Shown here: positions 16,574 to 28,201 of the stretch, in pieces
Position numbering within the stretch: the first letter of the stretch is position 1
Layout: each line of letters opens with the position of its first letter
Source of the DNA: Gemmatimonadales bacterium
GTDB taxonomy: Bacteria; Gemmatimonadota; Gemmatimonadetes; Gemmatimonadales; GWC2-71-9
NCBI GenBank assembly: GCA_036274515.1
Contig: DASUFQ010000078.1
Location: 2,450-66,449, forward strand
DNA length: 64,000 nt
Direction of reading: 5' to 3'
Made by a program: the position numbers and the translations under genes
The notes under the pieces: model-generated
The model's input: only the letters and a program-made list of their open reading frames with translations
Told to the model about the DNA's origin: nothing
Database searches by the model: none

Positions 16574-18139
16574 TCAGGGCCGCCGCGGGGTGAGGAGGGC
16601 GATCGGCAGGACGACTTCCTCCGGCGACACCCCGCCGTGCAGGAAGGCGCCCCGGTAGCGGGCCTGGTACTCGCGCAGCTTGGTCGGGTAGACGAAGAAG
16701 CGATCGCCGGTGGCGAGGAGGAGCCGGGTGCCGGAAGTGCGCGGCGGCAGGCCGAACCGCTCGAGGTCGTCCACCACGAGCGCCGCGTCGCCGTCCTCGG
16801 CGCGGAGGTCCTCGCCGAACTTGTAGCGCAGGTGGCTGGTGGCGTCGCGCCGCGCGAAGACGGTGGCCGGGGTGTGGCAGTGGATCGAGCCGTGGTCGGT
16901 GGTGAGCAGCACCGGGACGTTGCGGCGCTCCGCCTCGCGGAGGGCGTCCCAGAGCGGCGACCGCTCGAACCAGGTGCGGGTGAGGTTCCGGAGCGCCTGC
17001 GTGTCGCGCGCTACCTCGAAGAGCGTCGAGTTCTCGGTCCGGCCGTGCGTCAGCTGGTCGATGAAGTTGAAGACCAGCGCCGTCACGCCGTCCTGCGCCA
17101 GGTGCGCCGGCAGCCGCCGGAGGAGGCCCTCGCCGTCCGCGGCGGTGAACACCTTCTCGTAGCGCACCGGCACCGCGCGCCCGGTGAGCTGCTGCAGGTG
17201 CTCCTCAAGCAGCTCCGCCTCGTGCGCGTTGAGCCCGGTCTCGTCCTCCGTCTTCCACCACTCCGGGTGCCGGGCCGCCAGTTCGTTGGGGAAGAGGCCG
17301 CTGAAGATCGCGTTCCGGGCAAAGGGCGTCGCGGTGGGGAGGATCGAGAAGTAGTGCGCCGTCTCGATGTCGAACCGGGTGGCCACCAGCGGCCGGATCA
17401 TGGCCCACTGGTCGAGCCGGAGGCAGTCGACCACCACGAGCAACGCCTTGCCCTGCGCGTCGAGCGTCGGCCGGACGAACTCCGCCACGATGTCCACCGA
17501 GAGCGCGGGCCGGTCCTCCTCCGAGCCGTTGAGCCAGGCGCCGTAGTGCCGGCCCAGGAACTTCGCGAAGTCGGCGCGGAGGGAGTCCTGCAGGGTGCGC
17601 AGCGCGTCCTGCAGCCCGGGCTCGTCGGCGCGGCCCAGCTTGACCTCCCACTCGGCGAGCTCGACGATCAGCTCCACCCACTCCCGCCACGCCATGGCCG
17701 CGCCGCGCCGGGTGTCGAGCTCGCGAAACCGGGTGGCGAAGTCGCGGGACAGGCGCTGCTGGCGGATGCGGTCGCCCTCCAGCAGGCGCGTCACCACCGA
17801 CAGGATCTGGCGCGGGTTGACCGGCTTGATGAGGTAGTCGCTGATCTCGGCCCCGATGGCGTCCTTGAGCGTCTCCTGCTCCTCGCTCTTGGTCACCATC
17901 ACCACCGGCATCGAGTGGTCCACGGCGCGGATGGCCTGGAAGATCTCGAGCCCGCGGCGCCCCGGCATCTGCTCGTCGAGCAGCACCACGCCGTACGGCT
18001 GCCGCTGCAGGAGCACCAGCGCGTCGTCGCCGTGCGGCGACTTGTCCACCGTGAACCCGTGTTCCTCCAGAAAGAGGATGTGCGACGTGAGGCTCTCGAC
18101 CTCGTCGTCGACCCACAGGATGCTCTTCGGGCGCGGCAT
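16574..18139 (-). CDS. response regulator with C-terminal PglZ (alkaline-phosphatase-superfamily) domain, PorX-like
   Basis: CheY-like receiver (ILWVDDE...LLDEQMPG...VMVTK) followed by PglZ-type motifs (VVVDCLRLDQW, TATPFARNAIFSG, LLTTDHGS). 521 aa, the same size and architecture as PorX. Confidence 0.85.
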   Translation of the reverse strand: MPRPKSILWVDDEVESLTSHILFLEEHGFTVDKSPHGDDALVLLQRQPYGVVLLDEQMPGRRGLEIFQAIRAVDHSMPVVMVTKSEEQETLKDAIGAEISDYLIKPVNPRQILSVVTRLLEGDRIRQQRLSRDFATRFRELDTRRGAAMAWREWVELIVELAEWEVKLGRADEPGLQDALRTLQDSLRADFAKFLGRHYGAWLNGSEEDRPALSVDIVAEFVRPTLDAQGKALLVVVDCLRLDQWAMIRPLVATRFDIETAHYFSILPTATPFARNAIFSGLFPNELAARHPEWWKTEDETGLNAHEAELLEEHLQQLTGRAVPVRYEKVFTAADGEGLLRRLPAHLAQDGVTALVFNFIDQLTHGRTENSTLFEVARDTQALRNLTRTWFERSPLWDALREAERRNVPVLLTTDHGSIHCHTPATVFARRDATSHLRYKFGEDLRAEDGDAALVVDDLERFGLPPRTSGTRLLLATGDRFFVYPTKLREYQARYRGAFLHGGVSPEEVVLPIALLTPRRP

Positions 18140-18215
18140 GACCCAAACCTAACCGCCGCTCGCGGCGGGGCACAACGCGCTGGCGGCCCCCGGCGGCGCG
18201 GCCTACATTCCCGCC

Positions 18216-19247
18216 GTGTCCCATTCCGGTCCTCCCCCCGGTCCGCGCATCCTCCTCGTGCGCTTCAGCTCCATCGGCGACATCCTCCTGACCACGCCGC
18301 TCATCCGCGCCCTCCGCGCGCGGCACCCGGGGGCCCGGATCGACGCCCTGACCAAGGTGCGCTTCGCGCCCCTGCTCGCCGACAACCCCCGCCTCGACGT
18401 GGTGCTGACCCCGGTGGACGGCGAGACCGTCCCTGCCCTGGCCCGCCGGCTCCGTCCGAACGGGTACACCCATCACCTCGACCTCCACGGCAGCCTCCGG
18501 TCCCGGCAGCTCCGGCTGCTGATGCCCGGCCGCTGGCGCGGCTACCGCAAGCACCGGCTGGCGCGCGGGGTGCTCGTCCTCACGCAGCGCAGCCACTACC
18601 CCAGCGGCACGCCGCCCGTCCCCGAGCGCTACTTCGAGGCGGCGGAAGGGCTCGACGTGCAGCCTGACGGCGGGCCGCCCGAATTCGCCCTCGGCGCCGC
18701 CGCGCGTGCCGAGGCGGAGGCGTTCCTCCGGGAGGCGGGGCTCGACCCCGCCGCCGGGATCGTGGCGCTGGCACCGGGGGCCGCGCATGCCACGAAGCGG
18801 TGGCCGCTCCGGCACTGGATCGCCCTCGCCCTCTCGCTGGCGGAGCGACGGCGTCCGGTGGTGGTCGTCGGGGGGCCGGAAGACGCCGCGGCGGCGGGGG
18901 AAATCGCCGCGGCGGTGCCGCGCGCCGTGGTGGCCGCCGGCCGGTTCGGCCTGCAGGGCACCGGCGCCCTGGTGGCGCGCGCGTCGGCCCTCGTGTCGGG
19001 CGACACCGGGGTCATGCACATGGCCACCGGGGTCGGGACGCCCGTCGTGGCCCTCTTCGGGCCGACGGTCGAGGCCTTCGGGTTCTTCCCCTACCGGGGC
19101 CGCGCCCAGGTGGTGCAGCGGGACCTGGCCTGCCGCCCCTGCAGCAGGATGGGGGGCGCCGAGTGCCCGCTGGGCCACCACAACTGCCTCGAGCTGATCC
19201 CGGCACGGGCGGTGAGCGACGCCCTCGCGGCGGTGGAGGCGGGGTGA
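18216..19247 (+). CDS. glycosyltransferase family 9 (LPS heptosyltransferase-like)
   Basis: N-terminal RILLVRFSSIGDILLTTPLIRALR and C-terminal SGDTGVMHMA are GT9 hallmarks. Confidence 0.85.
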   Translation: MSHSGPPPGPRILLVRFSSIGDILLTTPLIRALRARHPGARIDALTKVRFAPLLADNPRLDVVLTPVDGETVPALARRLRPNGYTHHLDLHGSLRSRQLRLLMPGRWRGYRKHRLARGVLVLTQRSHYPSGTPPVPERYFEAAEGLDVQPDGGPPEFALGAAARAEAEAFLREAGLDPAAGIVALAPGAAHATKRWPLRHWIALALSLAERRRPVVVVGGPEDAAAAGEIAAAVPRAVVAAGRFGLQGTGALVARASALVSGDTGVMHMATGVGTPVVALFGPTVEAFGFFPYRGRAQVVQRDLACRPCSRMGGAECPLGHHNCLELIPARAVSDALAAVEAG

Positions 19248-19642
19248 CCGACGAGCGCCCGCTGGCTCGCCCATGGGAGCCCGCCGCCGTTGCCCTTTCG
19301 GCGCTGCTGCCCCGCACCGTCCGGGGCCCGAAGCGGGAGGGGGTCTTTGCCCTCTGGCTCACCGTGCGAGTGGCGCTCGACTTCGGCCTGACGCCTCCCC
19401 TTCCCGACCGCGCCAGCCGGCGCCGGCTCACCGCGCTCGAACGGCGGCTCGCCAGCCTGACCCTCCCCGCCCCGCTCCGCCGCGCCCTCACCGCCGCCAT
19501 GGACCAGCTCCGCCCCGGCGACACCGCCTCCGCCGCGCTGGCGCTGACCCAGCTGGTGGCCCCGGTCCGGGACACCCTGGGCGGCGAGGCGGCCGACGCG
19601 ATTGCGCTCGCCGCCCGTGTGGCGCGAACTTCCGCCGCATGA
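19244..19642 (+). CDS. hypothetical protein
   Basis: GTG start in a GTGA overlap with the GT9 stop, and its stop in an ATGA overlap with the next gene. GC3-rich. No recognisable family. Confidence 0.4.
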   Translation: MTDERPLARPWEPAAVALSALLPRTVRGPKREGVFALWLTVRVALDFGLTPPLPDRASRRRLTALERRLASLTLPAPLRRALTAAMDQLRPGDTASAALALTQLVAPVRDTLGGEAADAIALAARVARTSAA

Positions 19643-20355
19643 AAGCGATCATCACCGCCGCCGGGCAGAGCAGCCGGCTCTGGGAAACCACCGGCCGGGA
19701 GCCGAAGACCCTCCTCCCCTTCGGCGACGGCTCGATCCTCCAGTCAATCCTCGGCAACTTCGGCGAGGTCGGCATCACGGAGTTCGTGATCGTGACCGGC
19801 TACCGCGGCGACCTCATCGCCCAGCACCTGCGCGAGCACGACAACTTCGGCATGGCGGTGGAGCTGCTCGACAACAAGGAATGGCACCGGGGCAACGGCC
19901 TCTCGGTCATGAAGGCGCTGGCCCACCTGGCGCCCGAGGAGCCGGCCATCCTCTCGATGGCCGATCATGTGGTGAGCCCGGCCGCGCTGGCGGCGGTGCG
20001 CGACGGCCCCGCCGGGATGAATCTCCTCCTGGTCGACCCGCGCATCGCCGAGTGCTTCGACCTCCCCGACGCCACGAAGGTCCGGCGCGAGGGGGACCGG
20101 ATTGCGGACATCGGCAAGGACCTGACCGACTACGACGTGCTCGATTGCGGGGTCTTCCGGCTGGACCAGCGGTTCCGCGCCGCGCTGGAGGCGGCGGTGG
20201 GCCAGGGGCGGGAGGGGATCAGCGACGGGGTGCGGGTGCTGGTGGAGGGGCCCGGGTTCGGGACGGTGCTCCTGCCGCCCGGCGCCGCCTGGCTCGACAT
20301 CGACACCCCCGAGAGCTACCACCACGCGCTGCTGCGGCGCGCCACCTTCGCCTGA
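19639..20355 (+). CDS. sugar/alcohol-phosphate nucleotidyltransferase (NTP_transferase fold, LicC/MobA-like)
   Basis: MKAIITAAGQSSRL...PKTLLPF N-terminus typical of nucleotidyltransferases. Confidence 0.8.
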   Translation: MKAIITAAGQSSRLWETTGREPKTLLPFGDGSILQSILGNFGEVGITEFVIVTGYRGDLIAQHLREHDNFGMAVELLDNKEWHRGNGLSVMKALAHLAPEEPAILSMADHVVSPAALAAVRDGPAGMNLLLVDPRIAECFDLPDATKVRREGDRIADIGKDLTDYDVLDCGVFRLDQRFRAALEAAVGQGREGISDGVRVLVEGPGFGTVLLPPGAAWLDIDTPESYHHALLRRATFA

Positions 20356-20369
20356 GGACCGGCCCCCCC

Positions 20370-21500
20370 ATGGCGAAGATCCGGCTCCTCTTCAAGATCG
20401 GGTTCGTGTACCACAAGGCGGCGTTCGACCCGGTCATCGAGCGGTTCCTGGCCGACGACCGCTACGACGTCTTCTTCGCGCTCGACGAGGAGCGGATGCG
20501 GCGCTGGGGCATCTTCAACGTCCCCTACCGCCCGCCCATCGTGGACCAGTGGGTGCGGGAGGGGTACCGCTTCACCAGGGAGCAGCGCGGCTTCGACGTG
20601 GTCATCGCGGGCGACACCATCCGCGACGCCGCCGCCTACGGCCGCACCCTCCTCTGCTTCCTGAACCACGGGACCGGGATCAAGACGATTCTCTACCGCA
20701 ACCTCGCGCAGCACCGCGGGACCCGCTACCAGATCTACGTCGAGGGCGCCTACCGCGAGGAGAAGATCCTCGAGTCAGGCCAGCTGGGCCGGAGCGAGAT
20801 CCACGTGGTGGGGCTCCCCAAGCTCGACGGCATCTTCCAGGGCCGTTACGCCCATCGCGACCGGTTCCTCTCCGAGCGCGGGCTCGACGCCGACAAGCCG
20901 ACGGTCCTCTTTGCCCCGACCTACAAGCCCACCTGCCTCTACGACGTGAAGGACGCCATCTTCGAGGCCACCAAGGACCGCTACAACCTGGTCGTGAAGC
21001 TGCACCACTACAGCTGGATGGGGAAATACGCGCCGCACGAGCAGCACCGGATCTTCGAGCGGCGGGTCCGCCGCTATCCGCACGCCCGGCTGGTGCCGAT
21101 GGAGGAGTACAACATCGTGCCGTGGATGGCCGCCGCCGACACGCTGATGAGCGAGGCGTCGAGCACCGTCTTCGATTTCCTCGCCCTGGGGAAGACCGGG
21201 ATCATCTACGACCTCCCGGGCGACCGCCTCAAGCACAGCGACGGGATGCCGCTCCTCGGCGAGGACAACCGGGACTTCCTCAAGGACGCCTTCGTCCACG
21301 TCTCGCGCCCTGACGACATCGGCGACGCCATCGGGCGAGCGCTGACGCCCACCGGAGCGATGCGGGCGGCACAGTCTGCCGAGCGGGAGCGGCTCTTCCA
21401 CAGGCTCGACGGCCACGCCTCCGACCGGATGAAGGCGTCGATCGAGGCGCTGCTGGCGGAGGGGGGGCACGAAAACGCCCCGGAGGGGCCGGGGCGCTAG
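20370..21500 (+). CDS. CDP-glycerol/ribitol phosphotransferase family protein (TagB/TagF-like)
   Basis: The C-terminal half (KPTVLFAPTYK...LVVKLHH...AADTLMSEASSTVFDFLALGKTGIIYD) resembles the Glyphos_transf family. Confidence 0.7.
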   Translation: MAKIRLLFKIGFVYHKAAFDPVIERFLADDRYDVFFALDEERMRRWGIFNVPYRPPIVDQWVREGYRFTREQRGFDVVIAGDTIRDAAAYGRTLLCFLNHGTGIKTILYRNLAQHRGTRYQIYVEGAYREEKILESGQLGRSEIHVVGLPKLDGIFQGRYAHRDRFLSERGLDADKPTVLFAPTYKPTCLYDVKDAIFEATKDRYNLVVKLHHYSWMGKYAPHEQHRIFERRVRRYPHARLVPMEEYNIVPWMAAADTLMSEASSTVFDFLALGKTGIIYDLPGDRLKHSDGMPLLGEDNRDFLKDAFVHVSRPDDIGDAIGRALTPTGAMRAAQSAERERLFHRLDGHASDRMKASIEALLAEGGHENAPEGPGR

Positions 21501-21527
21501 GACCACTGCCGCAGTGCGGACGCCCCG

Positions 21528-21953
21528 TCAGGTGGCCGGCGGGGGCTCCGCCGCAGGGGTGGCTGCCTGAGTATCTGGCAGCACCACGGCTCCGCTGATC
21601 TCGACGATCGTGAGCGGCATCCCCGGCGCCTGGCTGATCCGAATCCACATCGGATGGCCGTCCTTCAAGGCGTACAGCGCCATGGCCCCCACCGCGTCCT
21701 CGGCGTCGCTTTCCAGCGACCAGCCGCTCCTCGGCAGCAATACCCGGTAATAGCTGAGCACCTCGCCCGGCGAGGACTTGCTCCGGAAGGTGATCTGGAC
21801 CGCGTCTGCCGACCCGGCCCGCGACACCACCTCGGCCTGCGGCGGGACGGGGAGGAAGGGGAGGGCGGCGGCGGTCGACGCCGTTTCCCGGGCGGCATCC
21901 GCACGGCAGCCGGCCAGGGCAATGACGGCAAGGGCAAGCATTGGGTAGCGCAT
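21528..21953 (-). CDS. lipoprotein, function unknown
   Basis: MRYPMLALAVIALAGC lipobox. 141 aa. The longer track ORF upstream is antisense shadow of yebC. Confidence 0.7.
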   Translation of the reverse strand: MRYPMLALAVIALAGCRADAARETASTAAALPFLPVPPQAEVVSRAGSADAVQITFRSKSSPGEVLSYYRVLLPRSGWSLESDAEDAVGAMALYALKDGHPMWIRISQAPGMPLTIVEISGAVVLPDTQAATPAAEPPPAT

Positions 21954-22049
21954 AGGGGAGGGAGAGTAGCGGGATGGGCCGTCCGCGGTCAAGCGGATGC
22001 GTTGCCGCCCCGTGCGGGCGCGGCTATTCTTGGGGTCTGAATTCATGCG

Positions 22050-22808
22050 ATGGAGCAGGCCATGGCAGGGCATAGCAAGTGGAAGCAGATCAAGCGGAAA
22101 AAGGCGGTCACCGACTCGCGCCGGGCGTCGTCCTGGACCAAGGTGATCCGCGAAATCACCATCGCCGCCAAGTCGGGCGGGGGTGACCCGGGAGGCAACC
22201 CGCGTCTCCGGACCGCCATCGACGCCGCCAAGGCCGTCAACATGCCGGCCGAGAACATCGAGCGCGCCATCAAGAAGGGCACCGGCGAGCTCGAGGGCGG
22301 CAACATCGAGGAGGTGGCGTACGAGGGCTACGGCCCGGGCGGCGCCGCGCTCTTCATCGAGGGCACCACCGACAACCCCCACCGCACCGTGGCCGACATC
22401 CGGCACGCCTTCAGCCGGAACGGCGGCAACCTCGGCGCCACCAACTCCGTCGCGTGGATGTTCGTGCGCAAGGGCCAGCTCTACCTCGACGCCACCGCGC
22501 TGAACGAGGAAACGACCCTCGAGGCGGCGCTGGAGGCCGGCGCCGAGGACTTCGTGCGCGAGGGCGACCAGTTCATCGTGTCCACCGCGCCCAACGACTT
22601 CCACGCCGTGCAGGACGCCCTGCGCGCCCGCCACATCGCCGTCACCGAGTCGGAGCTGGCCATGGTGCCGCAGAATACCGTCAAGGTCGAGGGGAAGGAC
22701 GCCGAGGCGCTCTTCAAGCTCATCGAGGCGCTCGAGGAGCTGGATGACGTCTCCAAGGTCTTCTCCAATTTCGACATCGACTCCGAGTTGGCCGAGGCGG
22801 CCGGCTGA
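22050..22808 (+). CDS. yebC: YebC/PmpR family DNA-binding regulator
   Basis: MAGHSKWKQIKRKKA... canonical YebC N-terminus. 252 aa. Confidence 0.95.
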   Translation: MEQAMAGHSKWKQIKRKKAVTDSRRASSWTKVIREITIAAKSGGGDPGGNPRLRTAIDAAKAVNMPAENIERAIKKGTGELEGGNIEEVAYEGYGPGGAALFIEGTTDNPHRTVADIRHAFSRNGGNLGATNSVAWMFVRKGQLYLDATALNEETTLEAALEAGAEDFVREGDQFIVSTAPNDFHAVQDALRARHIAVTESELAMVPQNTVKVEGKDAEALFKLIEALEELDDVSKVFSNFDIDSELAEAAG

Positions 22809-22818
22809 CCGGCCGCCC

Positions 22819-23328
22819 GTGATCATCCTCGGCGTGGACCCCGGCACCGCCGTCACCGGCTACGGCGTCATCGAGGCCGGGCCCGGCGCCCGGGCACGGC
22901 TGGTCGAATGCGGCGTCGTGCGCACCCCCGCCCGCGACCCCCTGCCGGTGCGCCTCCGCGCCATCCGCGACGGGATGCTGGAGCTGCTCCAGCGGCACCG
23001 CCCCGACGCCGTGGCCATCGAGGACGTCTTCTACGGAAAAAACCTGCGCACCACCGTCGTGCTCTCGCATGCGCGCGGGGTCATCCTGCTGACCGCCGAG
23101 GAGGCCGGCGTGGCCATCGGCGAGTACCCCCCCGCGCTGGTCAAGAAGGCGGTGGTGGGGCGCGGCGGCGCGGCCAAGCCGCAGGTGGGTTACATGGTGG
23201 CGCAGCTCCTCCGGCTCACCGCCCCGCCCAGCCCGGCCGACGCCGCCGACGGCGTGGCGGTGGCGCTGGCGCACCACATCCTGGCGGGGGGCGCGGCGGC
23301 CCGCGCCCGCCGCGGGCAGGTCGCATGA
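22819..23328 (+). CDS. ruvC: crossover junction endodeoxyribonuclease RuvC
   Basis: IILGVDPGTAVTGYGVI..., AIEDVFYGKN and AADGVAVALAH motifs. GTG start inferred. Confidence 0.9.
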   Translation: MIILGVDPGTAVTGYGVIEAGPGARARLVECGVVRTPARDPLPVRLRAIRDGMLELLQRHRPDAVAIEDVFYGKNLRTTVVLSHARGVILLTAEEAGVAIGEYPPALVKKAVVGRGGAAKPQVGYMVAQLLRLTAPPSPADAADGVAVALAHHILAGGAAARARRGQVA

Positions 23329-23930
23329 TCGCGGGAGTGCGCGGCAAGCTGGCCAGCCTCGACCTCGACGTGGCCACCGTCGAGACGGCGGGCGGCGTCT
23401 CCTACGAGGTGCTGCTCCCGCTCGGGGTCCTCGGCCGGCTGCCGGCCCCCGGCGGCGCGGTGCACCTCTACACCGAATTGGTGATCCGCGAGGACTCCTG
23501 GCTCCTCGTCGGGTTCGACACCGCGCACGAACGGCTCGTCTTCCGCCGCCTCCTGCTGGCGAGCGGATTCGGGCCCCGGCTGGCGCTGGCGGTGCTCTCG
23601 ACCCTCGGCCCCGACCGCGCGGTGCGCGCCATCCTGCACAACGACCTCGGCGCGCTGGGCAGCGTGTCGGGCATCGGGAAGAAGAAGGCCGAGCGGCTGG
23701 TGCTCGAGCTGCGGGACCGGTTCAAGGACCTGCCGGTGGCGGCGGAACCGGCGGAGCCGCGGCCCGACCAGGCCTCGGTCAGCGCGCTCACCGGCCTCGG
23801 GTACCCGGCCGCGGCGGCGGAGGAAGCGGTGCGCGCCGTCCTGGCCGGTGGGATCACCGGCGACACGTCACTGATCGTGCGGCGGGCGCTCCAGCGCCTG
23901 ACCGCCGGCAAGGGAGGAAATTCGGCATGA
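23325..23930 (+). CDS. ruvA: Holliday junction DNA helicase subunit RuvA
   Basis: MIAGVRGKL... and the HhH motif [18 protein letters not shown] overlap with ruvC. Confidence 0.9.
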   Translation: MIAGVRGKLASLDLDVATVETAGGVSYEVLLPLGVLGRLPAPGGAVHLYTELVIREDSWLLVGFDTAHERLVFRRLLLASGFGPRLALAVLSTLGPDRAVRAILHNDLGALGSVSGIGKKKAERLVLELRDRFKDLPVAAEPAEPRPDQASVSALTGLGYPAAAAEEAVRAVLAGGITGDTSLIVRRALQRLTAGKGGNSA

Positions 23931-24100
23931 CCGTCACCGCCAGGACCGCCGAGTGGGAATGCACCCGCTGCGGCTCGACCAACCGGAAGCTCGTTCCCAA
24001 CACCCGGAACGACGCCACCGACCGCTGCGTCACCTGTCACGCCCGGCACGTGCTGGAGCCGGGCGCGACGACGGTGCGCTGGTCGGCCCGGGCCAGCTGA
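23927..24100 (+). CDS. 57-aa zinc-ribbon miniprotein (not in the ORF track, below its size cutoff)
   Basis: The ATG overlaps the ruvA stop (ATGA), and GGGAGGA lies 9 nt upstream. [57 protein letters not shown] has CxxC-18-CxxC. About 95 % G/C at third codon positions. It ends 17 nt before ruvB. Confidence 0.55.
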   Translation: MTVTARTAEWECTRCGSTNRKLVPNTRNDATDRCVTCHARHVLEPGATTVRWSARAS

Positions 24101-24117
24101 CCCCTGCGCCGACCTCG

Positions 24118-25135
24118 ATGACCCAGCGACTCGAAGTCACCACCCCCGACGCTCTCCCCGAGGAGACCGGCGCCGAGGCGGCGCTTCGCCCCTCGCGGCT
24201 CGACGAGTTCGTCGGGCAGGAACAGGTCAAGGCATCGCTCCAGATCGCCATGGACGCGGCGCGGGGGCGCGGCGAGTCGCTCGACCACACCCTCTTCTTC
24301 GGCCCGCCCGGCCTCGGCAAGACCACGCTCGCCATGCTGATGGCCCGCGAAATGGGGGTGCAGCTCCGCACCTCCTCGGGGCCGGTGCTCGAGAAGGCGG
24401 GGGACCTGGTGGGGCTCCTCACCACCCTCGGGCCGGGGGATATCCTGTTCATCGACGAGATCCACCGGATGCGCCCCGCGCTGGAGGAATTCCTCTACTC
24501 CGCCATGGAGGACTTCCGGGTGGACGTGCGGATCGCCGACGGCCCCAACGCCCAGACGATCCCGATGACGCTGGAACGCTTCACCCTGGTCGGCGCCACG
24601 ACGCGCTTCGGGCTCCTGACCCCGCCGATGCGCGCGCGCTTCGGGATGGTCGAGCGGCTCAACTTCTACCCGGCGGAAGACCTGGAGCGGATCGTGACCC
24701 GCTCGGCCACCCTGCTCTCGGTGCCGACCGACGCCGAGGGAGGGCTGGAGATCGCCAAGCGGAGCCGGGGGACGCCGCGGGTGGCCAACCGCCTGCTGCG
24801 TCGCGTGCGGGACTACGCGCAGGTGCGGGCCGACGGGAAGATCACCGGCCCCGTCGCGCGGGAGGCGCTCTCCCGGCTCAATGTCGACGAGTTCGGCCTC
24901 GACGACATGGACGCGCGGATCCTGACGACGCTGATCGAGAAGTTCGGCGGCGGGCCGGTGGGCCTCAACACCCTGGCGGTGGCGGTCGGCGAGGACAGCG
25001 GCACCCTCGAGGAAGTGTACGAGCCGTACCTGATCCAGCAGGGCTTCCTGGAGCGCACGCCGCGCGGCCGCTGCGCCACCGCCAACGCCTATCGCCGCTT
25101 CGGCATCACGCCGCCACCGGGACAGGCCACGATCT

Positions 25136-25146
<11 letters not shown>
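24118..25146 (+). CDS. ruvB: Holliday junction DNA helicase RuvB
   Basis: [12 protein letters not shown], Walker [15 protein letters not shown]. Confidence 0.95.
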
Positions 25147-27344
<2,198 letters not shown>

Positions 27345-27345
<1 letters not shown>

Positions 27346-27665
27346 TGCACGCGCTTTCCCTCATGGCCCCCGCCCCCGGCTCGGGCGGCGGCATGTCGGT
27401 CCTCCTCCTCCAGATCCTCCTCATCGGGGCGGTCTTCTACTTCCTGATCCTGCGGCCGCAGTCGCAGGCGCGGAAGAAGCACGCCGCGATGCTCGAGGCG
27501 CTGAAGAAGGGCGACGACGTCATCACCTCCGGCGGCCTCATGGGCAAGGTCCGGGGCATCAAGGACGACGAGGTGACGATCGAGAGCGGCACCAGCACCG
27601 TCGTGGTGCATCGCGCGCGCATCGTGCAGGTGGGCGACACCGCCGCCCCGACCGCCCAGCCCTGA
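27345..27665 (+). CDS. yajC: preprotein translocase subunit YajC
   Basis: TM segment plus ILRPQSQARKKHAAMLEALKKGDDVITSGGLMGKV, typical of YajC. The ATG overlaps the tgt stop by 1 nt. Confidence 0.85.
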
Positions 27666-28201
27666 TGCCGCTGCTGCCGATCCACCTCCTCGGATCCCCG
27701 GTGCTCCGGGAGGCCTCCCCGCCGGTGGGGGAGGTCACCGAGGAAGTGCGCCAGCTGGTCGACAGCATGTTCGAGACGATGGACGCCGCCGAGGGCGTCG
27801 GCCTGGCGGCCAACCAGGTCGGGACCGCTACCCGCATCGCGGTGGTGGACGCCGACGGGACCCGGATCGCGATGATCAACCCCGTCATCGTCGAGGCGTC
27901 GGGCAAGGAGACAGAGGAGGAGGGCTGCCTCTCGATCCCCGACGTCTATGCGGAGGTCACGCGCCCGGAGCGCGTCGTGCTCGAGGCCACGGGCCGGGAC
28001 GGGGCACCCTACCGGATCGAGGCGGCGGGACTCCTGGCCCGCGCCATCCAGCACGAGATCGACCACCTCGACGGCATCCTGTTTCTGGACCGCCTGAGTC
28101 CGATGAAGCGGCGCCTCCTGGTCGCGAAGTACCGGCGCGAGCACAAGGAGGGCGACGGCCTCCTGCGGGAGGTCGCGCGGCCCTCCGGCCGGACCCCCTG
28201 A
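27665..28201 (+). CDS. def: peptide deformylase
   Basis: GVGLAANQ, EGCLS, HEIDHLDG motifs. Confidence 0.95.
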   Translation: MPLLPIHLLGSPVLREASPPVGEVTEEVRQLVDSMFETMDAAEGVGLAANQVGTATRIAVVDADGTRIAMINPVIVEASGKETEEEGCLSIPDVYAEVTRPERVVLEATGRDGAPYRIEAAGLLARAIQHEIDHLDGILFLDRLSPMKRRLLVAKYRREHKEGDGLLREVARPSGRTP

